The notes: generated by a model from the letters alone, not told the origin. 64,000 nt of DNA from Nitrospirota bacterium (GCA_963790205.1 CAWBNQ010000001.1:832001-896000); one strand, 5' to 3'; counted from the stretch's first letter, positions 41,391 to 51,554 are shown. A program made the numbers and translations.

Positions 41391-41617
41391 GTTCTGTTCT
41401 CCTTCTGATGGAAAAACCGCGCCACAGCTGATTGCCGTGGCTCGTATGGTTAAGGCCGGAATAATATACCAAATTACGCAAAAAGACAAGCAAAAAAAGA
41501 GACCTCTCATGCCAACCGCTTCGCTATGGTGCAAAGGGGCCGGAATGCCGGAGGGCGCTATTCTGTCTGATAGATATCGTTTCGATATACGGATAAGACC
41601 CTTCGCCGTGCCTCAGG

Positions 41618-41651
41618 GTGAAATTTTCGTCCTCAGAGACGAAAATTTCAC
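41618..41651. terminator. Perfect hairpin overlapping the rho stop codon
   Basis: GTGAAATTTTCGTC-CTCAGA-GACGAAAATTTCAC. Confidence 0.6.
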
Positions 41652-42895
41652 TTGTTCATGGAGTCGAGGAAATCGCGGTTGGTCTTGGCCTGCTTGAGTT
41701 TTTCGAGCAGGAATTCCATGCTCTCCACGGTGGAGAGCGGGTTCAGGACCTTCCGGAGGACCCACATACGGTTCAGGTCGTCCTTGTCCACGAGCAGCTC
41801 TTCCTTGCGGGTTCCGGACGCATTAATGTCGATGGCCGGGAACACGCGCTTGTCCACGAGTTTCCTGTCGAGGTGGAGCTCCATGTTGCCCGTGCCCTTG
41901 AACTCCTCGAAGATCACATCATCCATGCGGCTGCCCGTGTCAACAAGGGCCGTAGCGAGGATAGTGAGGCTGCCGCCTCCTTCGATGCTCCGGGCAGCGC
42001 CGAAGAAGCGTTTGGGCCGTTGGAGCGCGTTGGCGTCCAGACCGCCGGAAAGCACTTTACCGGAGGCAGGGATGATGGCATTATGGGCCCGCGCAAGCCG
42101 GGTAATGCTGTCTAACAGAATAACGACATCCTTCTTGTGCTCCACGAGGCGTTTTGCGCGTTCGCTCACCATATCGGCCACCTGCACATGTCTTTGGGGC
42201 GGCTCGTCGAAGGTCGAGCTGATGATCTCAGCCTTGACCTGACGCTGCCAGTCCGTGACTTCCTCGGGCCGCTCGTCAATCAGGAGCACGATCAGTTTGA
42301 TCTCCGGATGGTTCTTGATGATCGCCTTCGCAATTGACTGGAGCAGCATGGTCTTCCCGGTCCGTGGCGGCGCCACGATCATGCCGCGCTGGCCCATGCC
42401 GATGGGGGTGACAAGATCCATGGCGCGGGTCGTGTAGTCGGTAGGAGCATGTTCGAGCTTGATCTTTTTTTCGGGATAGTAAGGCGTGAGGTTGTCGAAG
42501 AGAATCTTGGTCCTGGATATTTCGGGATCTTCATAATTGATGGCGTCGACTTTGAGAAGTGCAAAATACCGTTCCCCCTCTTTCGGGGGCCGTATCTGGC
42601 CGGAGACGGTGTCCCCGGTGCGGATACTGAACCGCCTGATTTGCGAAGGGGAAACATAGATATCATCAGGGCCGGGGAGATAGTTATAGTCGGGCGCCCG
42701 AAGGAACCCGAAGCCATCGGGTAGTATTTCGAGCACGCCCTCGCCGAATATCATGCCGTTCTTTTCGGTCTGGGCCTGCAGGATGGCGAAGATCAACTCC
42801 TGCTTGCGCAGGCCACTAACGCCTTCGATCTTCAGCTCGTCTGCCATGGCGGTCAGCTCGGAGATGTCCTTGCCTTTAAGTTCTACTAAATTCAT
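41648..42895 (-). CDS. rho: Transcription termination factor Rho
   Basis: [41 protein letters not shown]. Confidence 0.99.
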   Translation of the reverse strand: MNLVELKGKDISELTAMADELKIEGVSGLRKQELIFAILQAQTEKNGMIFGEGVLEILPDGFGFLRAPDYNYLPGPDDIYVSPSQIRRFSIRTGDTVSGQIRPPKEGERYFALLKVDAINYEDPEISRTKILFDNLTPYYPEKKIKLEHAPTDYTTRAMDLVTPIGMGQRGMIVAPPRTGKTMLLQSIAKAIIKNHPEIKLIVLLIDERPEEVTDWQRQVKAEIISSTFDEPPQRHVQVADMVSERAKRLVEHKKDVVILLDSITRLARAHNAIIPASGKVLSGGLDANALQRPKRFFGAARSIEGGGSLTILATALVDTGSRMDDVIFEEFKGTGNMELHLDRKLVDKRVFPAIDINASGTRKEELLVDKDDLNRMWVLRKVLNPLSTVESMEFLLEKLKQAKTNRDFLDSMNK

Positions 42896-43193
42896 GCGGT
42901 TGCTCCTTGGCCCGTGGTTTCCCAGGGCAGATGGGGTCAGTGCCTTCTCGAGGGGTAGGTTTGGTGGTGTATGTTACTCCCGGCAGTTAAGGTCAAAAAG
43001 GAAATTGTCGTTACAAAAGGCGAGCAAGTTCCGTCGATTTCTAGTTTGCGTGCTGGCGGCAAAGCCGCCGTCCGGCTGCGGTTTACTCCGTTTTTGTGAA
43101 ATTGCGGTTTGTTTTTATTCTACCTGGCTATTCTATTATGGTTAATCTGTTGGGTTTGATGATAACTGGGGTTATGGTCAGATATACGTAAAA

Positions 43194-43222
43194 ACTATAC
43201 CGCATATACAGTAGTTTGTCAA
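43194..43222 (-). promoter_or_regulatory. Sigma-70-type promoter of rho
   Basis: TTGACA-N17-TATAGT on the minus strand, about 290 nt upstream of the ATG. Confidence 0.7.
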
Positions 43223-43368
43223 TATTAATTTATTTTAGTTCGTTGTAAAGTTAACGTGTTCGCATAAAAATAAAACAACGCGTTGAAAATATACCGGAAG
43301 TCGTGGACGCGCGCCCCGAATCGAGAATTACGATTGACACTGCCCTTTGTTCTGGCGTAGTATAAAAA

Positions 43369-43821
43369 ATGGAAAGAAGCCGAAGGGAATTCATCAAGAA
43401 GGCGCTCTACGGCATACTTGCGCTCCTCGGGCTTGGCTTTCTGGCTCCGGGTGTAAAAATGTTATCGCCCCTGAAAGAGCGCAAGAAGGAACTCATCTTT
43501 TTCCCGCTGGTTCCGGAGGAGGATATTCCCCGGTCGGGTGTAAAGAAGGGCGAACTCGTGTACACCGCTTCGGGCAGGGAGCGAAAAGCGCGGGTGTTCA
43601 TTGTTTCATCTCACGAAAAACTGACGGTCCTTTCCGCTACTTGTTCGCACCTGGGATGTCTTGTTAACTACAGCAAGGAAAAAGGCCAGTTCATCTGCCC
43701 CTGTCATGGCGGGAGATATGATCTGAGCGGGAAAAACATCGCAGGGCCGCCGCCTGCCCCGCTGGGCCGCATTCCCGCAAAGATCGAGAATGGCATGGTG
43801 CTGGTCGGAATCAAGGTATGA
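43369..43821 (+). CDS. Rieske 2Fe-2S subunit of a Rieske/cytochrome b complex
   Basis: Tat-like SRREFIK anchor; CSHLGC and CPCHG; GPPPAPL. Confidence 0.93.
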   Translation: MERSRREFIKKALYGILALLGLGFLAPGVKMLSPLKERKKELIFFPLVPEEDIPRSGVKKGELVYTASGRERKARVFIVSSHEKLTVLSATCSHLGCLVNYSKEKGQFICPCHGGRYDLSGKNIAGPPPAPLGRIPAKIENGMVLVGIKV

Positions 43822-43869
43822 GGAACTTGTGGCCAGAAAGGCGCCAAGAGACGGACAAGGGATAAATAT

Positions 43870-43983
43870 AAGTTCTAAATCCGAAACTCGGGACCCTAGA
43901 TGGTTATCGAATGCCGAAACACATAATTTAATACATTCGCATTTTGTAATTGTTTAGGGTTTAGTAATTCGCGCTTAGAATTT
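43870..43983. repeat. Heptamer-based palindromic element (Rieske-cytochrome b)
   Basis: AAGTTCTAAATCCGAA ... TTCGCGCTTAGAATTT. Confidence 0.55.
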
Positions 43984-44020
43984 CATCGACCCTGTGTCTC
44001 AGTGGCGATAATGATGATTT

Positions 44021-44665
44021 ATGCGAATCTTCGACTATCTCAATACCCGCCTGGGCTTCACGCGCAGGCATCGGGGCGTGATGGACAAGCCTGTGCCCGG
44101 ATGGATCAACTATTTTTACTGCTTCGGCGGCATAACGTTTACGCTGTTTATCATGCTGCTCTTGACGGGTCTGCTCTTGTCCGTCTACTATACTCCTTCG
44201 GAAAGCGAGGCGTACCGGAGCATCCAGCGGCTGCAGGGCGAGGTGTCCCTCGGGATGATTGTCAGGGCTGTGCACCACTGGGCGGGCAACCTCATGGTGG
44301 TCATGATCGTGCTCCATATGCTCCGGGTCTTTGCAACCGGCTCGTATAAAAATCCGCGGGAGCTGCACTGGGTGGCGGGTTCCCTGCTCTTGCTCCTGAC
44401 CCTTTCTTTCGGCTTCACGGGCTATCTTCTGCCCTGGGACCAGAAGGCGTACTGGGCCACGGTTATCGGCGCGAACATGGTCGGCTCGGTGCCCGTGATC
44501 GGCCCGTTCCTCGGCGGACTGGTCAGGGACGGCGCGGATGTGTCCGGACTGACGCTCCTCCGGTTCTACAGCATACACGTACTGTGGCTCCCGCTGCTCA
44601 CCGGTGTGTTCCTCTGGCTTCATTTCCATATGATCCGGAGGACGGGGATCTCGGGAGGAATGTGA
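44021..44665 (+). CDS. Cytochrome b6-like subunit
   Basis: YCFGG, R.VHHW, LHMLRVF, PRE..W, GY.LPWDQ, RFYSIH..LP, HF.MIR. Confidence 0.93.
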   Translation: MRIFDYLNTRLGFTRRHRGVMDKPVPGWINYFYCFGGITFTLFIMLLLTGLLLSVYYTPSESEAYRSIQRLQGEVSLGMIVRAVHHWAGNLMVVMIVLHMLRVFATGSYKNPRELHWVAGSLLLLLTLSFGFTGYLLPWDQKAYWATVIGANMVGSVPVIGPFLGGLVRDGADVSGLTLLRFYSIHVLWLPLLTGVFLWLHFHMIRRTGISGGM

Positions 44666-44683
44666 TGAAGGGACGAATCTCGA

Positions 44684-45073
44684 ATGCGGAATGACAATGA
44701 AAATGAGAAAAAATTCTTTCCCTATTACTTCTTCGAAGTAACAGTTGTGGTGCTGTTCACGGTCGAGATAGTGCTCCTGCTCGCGGTCATGTTCCCGCCA
44801 TCGACCGGCAGGGAGATCGACTTCTCAGCCCAGTACAGCCCGCGGCCGGAGTGGTATTTTCTCTTTTTGTACCAGCTCACGAAGTATTTTCCCGGCAGGT
44901 GGACATTCGTCGGGGCGGTGCTGCTGCCGGGGCTCGCGTTCAGCATGCTCCTCCTGGCGCCGTTTTTGGACAGCGGCAAATCGACGTCGCTTCGGCAGCG
45001 TAAGGCCGCCGCGGCCGCCGGCTTCGGTCTCTTTGCGGCTGTCGTGGCGTTGACCATTGCCTCCCTGCTATGA
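44684..45073 (+). CDS. Cytochrome b C-terminal part / subunit IV
   Basis: PEWYFLFLYQ, PFLD; 3 TM helices. Confidence 0.9.
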   Translation: MRNDNENEKKFFPYYFFEVTVVVLFTVEIVLLLAVMFPPSTGREIDFSAQYSPRPEWYFLFLYQLTKYFPGRWTFVGAVLLPGLAFSMLLLAPFLDSGKSTSLRQRKAAAAAGFGLFAAVVALTIASLL

Positions 45074-45451
45074 GCAACAACGAGTACTGCTCAGGTCGGA
45101 CGATCATCTCTGCGCCAGCGGCAAGCCGGCGAGAGGGAGTACGGTGTGTGGGGCAAGAACAAGGATTGAGCTGACGAAGCCCCAGCGCATAGCCTCCCGG
45201 CTTAAATTCCTCTCACCTGAAATGCCCCGTCTTTTTTACTTGTCATTGCGGATGAATGTATAGTACGCTCTTCCTGCGAGAGCCCGGGCATCCGGTCTGT
45301 ACTGTAAAGGCTTCAAACCCCTCATGAGAAGGGATCTCACCGTGGGTTCGTCGTCATGGCCTGGGCAGGGCAGGACGCGAAAGACATTCTTTAGCCGTTC
45401 CAGCGGCGCAGGCCTTGCCAGTGCCCGGACCCCTGATTTGCGGAGAACCAT

Positions 45452-47074
45452 GTGTCTGAAAAAGAAATAGTAAACAGCCTAGGAAGCAGCGATGAACGAT
45501 TTCGAGCACTGTACGAAAATTCACCCCTCGGCATTGAATTATACGATGCCGAGGGGATCCTTGTCGATGTGAACCGTGCCTGTCTGGACATCTTCGGTAT
45601 TGATGACGCTTCGGTGGTGAGAGGGTTCAGGCTGTTTGATGATCCGAACCTCAGCGAACAGCACAAAAGGGATCTGCGCGAGGGCAGGCCGGTTCAACAG
45701 GAGATCATCTTTGATTTTGATAAGGTAAGGGAACACCACCTCTATCCGACGTCAAAACAAGGGACACTTTATCTTGACCTGTACATATCGCCTCTCGTAT
45801 CGTCCGGCAGGAAGGCGAATTCCGGCTACCTGGTTCATGTCCGCGACATCACTCAACGCAAAAATGTTGAATTAATGCTGCTGGAGCAGAAAAAGTTTGC
45901 CGAGAGCGCGATCGACAGTTCCGCGGTGGCCACCTTTGTTCTTGACCGCGACCATAAGGTAATTCTCTGGAACGGGGCATGCGAGGAACTCACCGGGGTC
46001 CGCGCCGGGGAGATGCTGGGCACCGGCGACCACTGGAGACCGTTTTACGATCACCGACGGCCGACACTCGCGGACATCATCATCGATAAAAAACACGGGC
46101 CGGTCCATACCTTATACGGGAAGAGCAGCCGGTCGACCCTCGTTCCGGACGGCATCCACGCGGAAGGCTGGTATCCGAACCTGAACGGAAAAGACCGCTA
46201 CATTGTTTTTGACGCCGCGCCCATCTACGACACCAAGCATCAGCTCATCGTCGCCATCGAGACCCTGCAGGACATGACTGATTACAAGCGGGCCGAGGAG
46301 GAATTGGAAAGGAAGACGCAGGAACTCACGCGGTCGAACTCGGAACTTAAGCGCTTTGCCCATGTTGCGTCGCACGATCTGAAGGAGCCGCTGCTGTCCA
46401 TCGGAGGGTTTGCCGAAGTATTAGACAAAAAATACGGGGACCGGCTCGATGATAAAGGCCGGATGTTTCTCTCACGCATTATCGAGGGAACGGCCCGCAT
46501 GGAAGACTTGATTAACGATCTTCTGGCGTATGCCCAGGTGACCACGCGGTCCAGGCCCTTTGGGCGCGTACCGTGCAATGCCGTGGTCGGCGCGGTCCTT
46601 GCCAACCTCAAGTCGGCGATCGACGAAAGCCATGCCGTGGTCAGGGTTGGCGATCTCCCGGTTGTAACGGGTGACGAAACGCAGCTTGTGCAATTGTTCC
46701 AGAACCTGATCGGCAATGCAATCAAATACCGGCGCGACGCCCCTCCGGCCATCCGGGTCTCGGCCAAACCGGTTTCAGGGCCATCAGGCCCGGGGTCTCA
46801 AGCTGTTGATGAACAAGCGCCTGGCCGCGATCTCCCTGCCGACGCCGGAAGGGGATGGACTTTTTCCGTCTCGGACAACGGTATCGGCATCGCCCCGCTT
46901 TATTTCGAGCAGATATTCAAAGTTTTTCAGCGCGTCCCTTCGAATGAAAAAAGATACCCGGGAACGGGCATCGGCCTCGCCATCTGCGATAAAATCGTGG
47001 CGCGACACGGCGGCCGCATCTGGGTCGAGTCCGAGCTTGGCAAGGGCTCCACTTTTTATTTCACGATCCGGTGA
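45452..47074 (+). CDS. Cytoplasmic PAS-PAS sensor histidine kinase
   Basis: Two PAS domains; FAHVASHDLKEPL; QNLIGNAIKY, DNGIG, GTGIGL. Confidence 0.9.
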   Translation: MSEKEIVNSLGSSDERFRALYENSPLGIELYDAEGILVDVNRACLDIFGIDDASVVRGFRLFDDPNLSEQHKRDLREGRPVQQEIIFDFDKVREHHLYPTSKQGTLYLDLYISPLVSSGRKANSGYLVHVRDITQRKNVELMLLEQKKFAESAIDSSAVATFVLDRDHKVILWNGACEELTGVRAGEMLGTGDHWRPFYDHRRPTLADIIIDKKHGPVHTLYGKSSRSTLVPDGIHAEGWYPNLNGKDRYIVFDAAPIYDTKHQLIVAIETLQDMTDYKRAEEELERKTQELTRSNSELKRFAHVASHDLKEPLLSIGGFAEVLDKKYGDRLDDKGRMFLSRIIEGTARMEDLINDLLAYAQVTTRSRPFGRVPCNAVVGAVLANLKSAIDESHAVVRVGDLPVVTGDETQLVQLFQNLIGNAIKYRRDAPPAIRVSAKPVSGPSGPGSQAVDEQAPGRDLPADAGRGWTFSVSDNGIGIAPLYFEQIFKVFQRVPSNEKRYPGTGIGLAICDKIVARHGGRIWVESELGKGSTFYFTIR

Positions 47075-47229
47075 CCGTGAACGGCGCGAAAGGCCATGGC
47101 CGGGCATCGGCATCAAGAACGTTGTGAAAAAACTGGCCGTGGTCATCAGAGGGACAACTGAGCGGCCTTGCGAAGAAGCCCGGCGGCGACCACGGGGCCT
47201 GCGCGAAAGACCCTGTTCCCAGGAGAAAA

Positions 47230-48048
47230 ATGCCTGCGAAGAAAATCTACATTATTTCCGACGCCACCGGCCAGAGCGGCCTGCATATCCTGAGGGCGGC
47301 CATCGTGCAGTTCGAGCATGCCCGAACAAAAATGATGCTTTTTCACGACATCGATTCAAGGGCCGCTTTAAAGAAAATCCTCGACCAGGCCAGGGCGGAC
47401 AAGGCTCTCATCGCTTTTACCTTTGTCAGGAAGGTAATGAGGGACTACGCCAGTGAATACTGCCTAAAGCACAACATCTATCATCTCGACATCCTGGGTC
47501 CGCTCATAAGCAATCTCTCTTCCTACCTGGGTTTGGAACCGCTCGAAACACCGACCCTGCTCAGAAAGGTTGACGAACGGTATTTCAAGCGCATCGACGC
47601 GATCGAGTTCACGCTCGGGCACGACGACGGCAGGGGCGCCGAGCGCCTGGGAGACGCTGACATCGTTCTCGTCGGCCTCTCGCGGACCTCCAAGACGCCG
47701 ACTTCGTTTTTTCTGGCCCAGGAGGGCTACAAGGTCGCGAACGTTCCCATCGTTCCGGGGATCCCCTTGCCTGAAGAGCTCTTTGAAATCGACCAGCACA
47801 AGATCGTCTGCCTCAACGTAGATCCCGAGGTCCTCCAAAAAGTGAGAAAGGTGCGCCAAAAACATTCCGGTTTGCAGCCGAGTTACAGCGACCTCAAAAA
47901 AATATTTGCCGAGGTCGAGTATGTCCGGGACCTTATCAGAAGGCACCGGAACTGGAAAGTCGTCGATACTACGAACAAATCCATCGAGGAGACCGCGTGG
48001 GAGGTCATTCACTACGTTTTTGGAGAAAAACACGAGGAGTATACTTAA
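47230..48048 (+). CDS. Pyruvate,phosphate dikinase / PEP synthase regulatory kinase-pyrophosphorylase (DUF299)
   Basis: ISDATG, YFKRIDAIEF...HDDG, GLSRTSKTPTS, KSIEE. Confidence 0.92.
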   Translation: MPAKKIYIISDATGQSGLHILRAAIVQFEHARTKMMLFHDIDSRAALKKILDQARADKALIAFTFVRKVMRDYASEYCLKHNIYHLDILGPLISNLSSYLGLEPLETPTLLRKVDERYFKRIDAIEFTLGHDDGRGAERLGDADIVLVGLSRTSKTPTSFFLAQEGYKVANVPIVPGIPLPEELFEIDQHKIVCLNVDPEVLQKVRKVRQKHSGLQPSYSDLKKIFAEVEYVRDLIRRHRNWKVVDTTNKSIEETAWEVIHYVFGEKHEEYT

Positions 48049-48238
48049 GGTATGCAGGAATAAGCTTCTTCTTAAAATGGAAAGAGGTTTTTTACCGCTC
48101 ATTTTCACGGATGAACATGAACAACTGCCAATGAAGCCGAAGGCTTTGGTGTTTTACCATTAACAACGCTCTTCGCAGTGACATCCAAAGGGTTTTTCAA
48201 CAGCCTGAGAACAGGTCAGGCGCGTAGAGCGCCGGGAC

Positions 48239-48265
48239 CGGTAAGGGCGAAACCCGCCCTTACCG
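48239..48265. terminator. Hairpin downstream of cydB
   Basis: CGGTAAGGGCG-AAACC-CGCCCTTACCG. Confidence 0.55.
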
Positions 48266-48298
48266 TCGGGAGAATTATATAGCTGTTTGCTTGAAGGA

Positions 48299-49327
48299 TC
48301 AATATGTCTGCTCGTTTTTCATGACCGTATCTGCCGTTACCCGTGAACGGAACACGCGGTAGACCCAAATCTTGTATGCGATCACGATCGGAACAAACAC
48401 AAAGGCCACCACGGTCATGATCTTCAGCGTGTAGATGCTTGAAGACGAGTTGAAGATTGTCAGACTGTAAGCCGTATCCGTGCTGGAGGGGATCAGGTTC
48501 GGGAAGAGCCCGATCATACCGGTGAACACTATCATGACGATTGTTATGCACGATGAAGCAAAGGCCATGAGCATCCTGCCCTTCACGAGGAAGACCTTGA
48601 TGCCGATCAGCGCGGCCACAGCCAGGAGCGGAACGACGAGAAGCGGCATCGTCGTCATATAATTGTTATAAAGCCTGGTCGCGAACGCGGTTGCAATAAG
48701 AAAAACCACGGCAACGAGCAGCAGGGCGGGCCAGAGCTTGTTCGCCGTTGCAGATGATTTGTCGCACAGATCACCTTCGGTCTTGACGCATGCATAGAGG
48801 CTGCCGTGAGTCAGGAACAGAAGGACGAACAGCGCGCCGGTCAGCAGCCCGTAAGGATTCAAGAGCGAAAGGAATGAGCCGTGATAACCCGCGGCGTCCA
48901 TGGGGAGGCCGCTGAAGATGTTCCCGAAGGCCACTCCGAGCAGGAGCGCGGGAAGCGCGCTGCCGATGAAGATACCCAGGTCCCATGTTTTTTTCCACCC
49001 ATCGTTGTTGATTTTTCCTCGAAATTCTATGGACACTCCGCGAATGATCAGCGAAAAAAGAAGGAGCAGCAGGGCCGAGTAAAGATAGCTGAACATCAGC
49101 GCATACGTCTTGGGGAATGCAGCAAAGGTTGCGCCGCCCGCGGTCACGAGCCATACCTCATTGCCGTCCCAGACCGGTCCGACCGTGTTGATCATGATTT
49201 TTTTATCCTGATCATTCCGTGCCAGATAATGGTGCAGCATGCCGGTGCCGAGCACGAATCCGTCCAGCATGAAATAGACCGCCCATAAAACGCCCCAGAG
49301 AATGAACCATATGATCTGAAATTCCAT
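48299..49327 (-). CDS. cydB: Cytochrome bd quinol oxidase subunit II
   Basis: LDGF.LG, GPVWDGNEVW, FAAFP, IRGVS.EFR. Confidence 0.96.
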   Translation of the reverse strand: MEFQIIWFILWGVLWAVYFMLDGFVLGTGMLHHYLARNDQDKKIMINTVGPVWDGNEVWLVTAGGATFAAFPKTYALMFSYLYSALLLLLFSLIIRGVSIEFRGKINNDGWKKTWDLGIFIGSALPALLLGVAFGNIFSGLPMDAAGYHGSFLSLLNPYGLLTGALFVLLFLTHGSLYACVKTEGDLCDKSSATANKLWPALLLVAVVFLIATAFATRLYNNYMTTMPLLVVPLLAVAALIGIKVFLVKGRMLMAFASSCITIVMIVFTGMIGLFPNLIPSSTDTAYSLTIFNSSSSIYTLKIMTVVAFVFVPIVIAYKIWVYRVFRSRVTADTVMKNEQTY

Positions 49328-49337
49328 GATATGCCTC

Positions 49338-50678
49338 CTATTTCGTCGGTTTTAAGAGAGCCGAAAGGTCGTCATCGGGACCTTTTTTGGCGAACTTAGA
49401 CAGCAGGTAAATATCGATCACGCCGAGCGCTCCGTAGAGGACGGTAAAGCCCAGAAGCGAAGCGTATACCTGAATAGTGCTGATGGACAGAGATACGGCG
49501 GCAGACGTTTTGAGCACGCCGTAGACGATCCATGGCTGTCTCCCCACCTCGGCCACTACCCATCCGAGCTGACCGGCAAGATAGGGCAGGGGAATGGAAA
49601 AAAGCATGAGCGTGAGGAAAAGACGATGCGCTTCCAGCGTGCGACGTTTTGAATAGATGACCGCCAGGAACGAGAGGAGCATCATTGCAAAACCGAGAAG
49701 GACCATCAGGCGAAAGCTCCAGAACGTCGGGAGTACCGGCGGACGCTCTTCTTTAGGAAAGGCCTTCAAGCCTTTTATTTCCGCCTCGGGAGTATGGAAG
49801 GCCAGGTAGCTCAGTAAACCCGGTACGCAGGGCCCTTCCAGCGTGTTGCATTCCTTTTTTGTATCGGGAATAATAAAAAGATTATACCCGACATTTTTTT
49901 GCGTTTCCCAGAGCGATTCCATGGCTGCAAACTTGGTGGGTTGCGTCCTGGCCACTTCCGCTGCGTGGAAATCTCCGATCGCCGCTACGAGGATCGTAGA
50001 TGTTAGCCCGAAGACCGCGGCGATTTTAAATGAGCGGTTGAAAAATTCGAGCTGGTTCTTCTTCAACAAGTGGTAGGCCGACACGCCCATGACAAAGAAG
50101 GCCGCGACCACATATCCTGATGAGAGGGTATGGCCGAACTTGAGCCAGCCGTAGGGGTTCGTTAGGAGCGCCCCGAAATCCGTCATCTCCGCGCGTCCGT
50201 TGCGGAGCACGTACCCCACCGGCTTCTGCATCCAGCCGTTCGCCAGGAGGATCCAGAGGGCGGACAGGTTGGTCGCCAGAGCAACGAGCCAGATAGACAG
50301 GGCGTGCGTCTTTTTCGATATCTTGTTCCAGCCGAAGATCCAGACACCGATAAAGACGGACTCGAGAAAGAACGCCATGGTTGCTTCAATCGCAAGGGGC
50401 GCGCCGAAAATATCCCCCACATATTTTGAATACTCGGCCCAGTTCATGCCGAACTGGAACTCCATGGTGATGCCGGTCACGACACCGAGAGCGAAATTGA
50501 CGAGGAAGAGTTTGCCCCAGAATTTCGTCATTCTGAGGTACAGCTCGTCTCCGCTTCTCACGTACCGTGTCTCCATATATGCCGTCAAAACGGAGAGCCC
50601 CAGGGTGAGCGGCACAAAGATCCAGTGAAACATGCTCGTGAGGGCAAATTGCAACCTGCTCAATGCGACAGTGTCCAT
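49338..50678 (-). CDS. cydA: Cytochrome bd quinol oxidase subunit I
   Basis: H..FVP, EFQFG.NW, AFFLES, QPTKFAAME, EVGRQPW. Confidence 0.97.
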   Translation of the reverse strand: MDTVALSRLQFALTSMFHWIFVPLTLGLSVLTAYMETRYVRSGDELYLRMTKFWGKLFLVNFALGVVTGITMEFQFGMNWAEYSKYVGDIFGAPLAIEATMAFFLESVFIGVWIFGWNKISKKTHALSIWLVALATNLSALWILLANGWMQKPVGYVLRNGRAEMTDFGALLTNPYGWLKFGHTLSSGYVVAAFFVMGVSAYHLLKKNQLEFFNRSFKIAAVFGLTSTILVAAIGDFHAAEVARTQPTKFAAMESLWETQKNVGYNLFIIPDTKKECNTLEGPCVPGLLSYLAFHTPEAEIKGLKAFPKEERPPVLPTFWSFRLMVLLGFAMMLLSFLAVIYSKRRTLEAHRLFLTLMLFSIPLPYLAGQLGWVVAEVGRQPWIVYGVLKTSAAVSLSISTIQVYASLLGFTVLYGALGVIDIYLLSKFAKKGPDDDLSALLKPTK

Positions 50679-50814
50679 AATTCAATCTCCTTTCACGATA
50701 GTAAAAAAGAGCGTATAAAAGTACGTAACGGACTAATTTCCTCAAATTATACCGCAAAAAAACGCTGGTCATAAAAGCTTCGCAATGGCACGCTTTTTCA
50801 GGGAGGGGGGCTTT

Positions 50815-51223
50815 TCGGGATTCACGATGAATGCGCCTCTCAGCGCATTTCCTGAAGGCTCGTCATGGACTCCGAAAAGACATGAGCGTTGCCGTGCGAT
50901 TGGATTCCCATGGGATTTTCGGCTTTCTCAAGCATCTTCTCGTGTCGGTGCCGGGTGAGATGGACGAATTTGGTATCGGTGCTGACCGTAATGACGTCGG
51001 CCCCGGGTTCTTAAATTCCTCGTGCTGTTCTGCCAGAGCAGCGAACTCGGTTGCATGGACAAAGGTAACGTCAACAGGATACAAAAAAGATGATCCATTT
51101 TTTCGCAATTTTCTGTGCGGCAGGGCCGATTCCGCCGAAACCACCTTGTGTTGGTTCAAAAGTGTCGAGCTTGAAATCCGGAACACTCTGACCAACTTGC
51201 ATGGCGCAGCAATCACTTGACAT
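50815..51223 (-). pseudogene. Decayed AhpC-type peroxiredoxin
   Basis: Across several frameshifts: VGQSVPDFKL..KWIIFF / YPVDVTFVHATEFAALAE / ADVITVSTDTKFVH / ALRGAFIVNPE; peroxidatic position reads His; 3' part missing. Confidence 0.8.
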
Positions 51224-51231
51224 ATTAAAAC

Positions 51232-51309
51232 GTCGAGCGGCACGACGGACGCATCTGGGTCGAGTCCGACCCGGGCAAGGGATTTACCTTTTATTTTACG
51301 GTCCGGTAA
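51232..51309 (+). pseudogene. Orphan 3' end of a histidine kinase gene
   Basis: VERHDGRIWVESDPGKGFTFYFTVR*, closely similar at DNA level to 46997-47074. Confidence 0.7.
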
Positions 51310-51525
51310 TAGCGGACAGCGAAGAAGACGCCGAACCTCATGTCTCGGGAGCAGATCACATCCTTGATACTAAAAGCATCGTTCAGGACCGGTGTCCAGC
51401 GGCCGATTTTTTGAATGCCGCTGCCTCACCATAATGGCGCTGCTATAAGTTGCTTGTGCTTGCCTATTACAACCGTAAATACGCCGGTTTCTTAGTTGCT
51501 AATATATGAAACGATAAAACGTGTG

Positions 51526-51554
51526 TTGACATGGTTCACCGTTTTTGCTAAGGT
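51526..51554 (+). promoter_or_regulatory. Promoter of the yeeD-yeeE-like operon
   Basis: TTGACA-N17-TAAGGT with extended TG; duplicated at 59169. Confidence 0.65.

Noticed and set aside
45070..45450. Small ORFs after subunit IV as the missing cytochrome c
   Set aside because: No CxxCH, signal peptide or recognisable similarity
50787..50801. TGGCAC sigma-54-like site
   Set aside because: -12 element mismatched (TTCA) and no intact plus-strand gene immediately downstream
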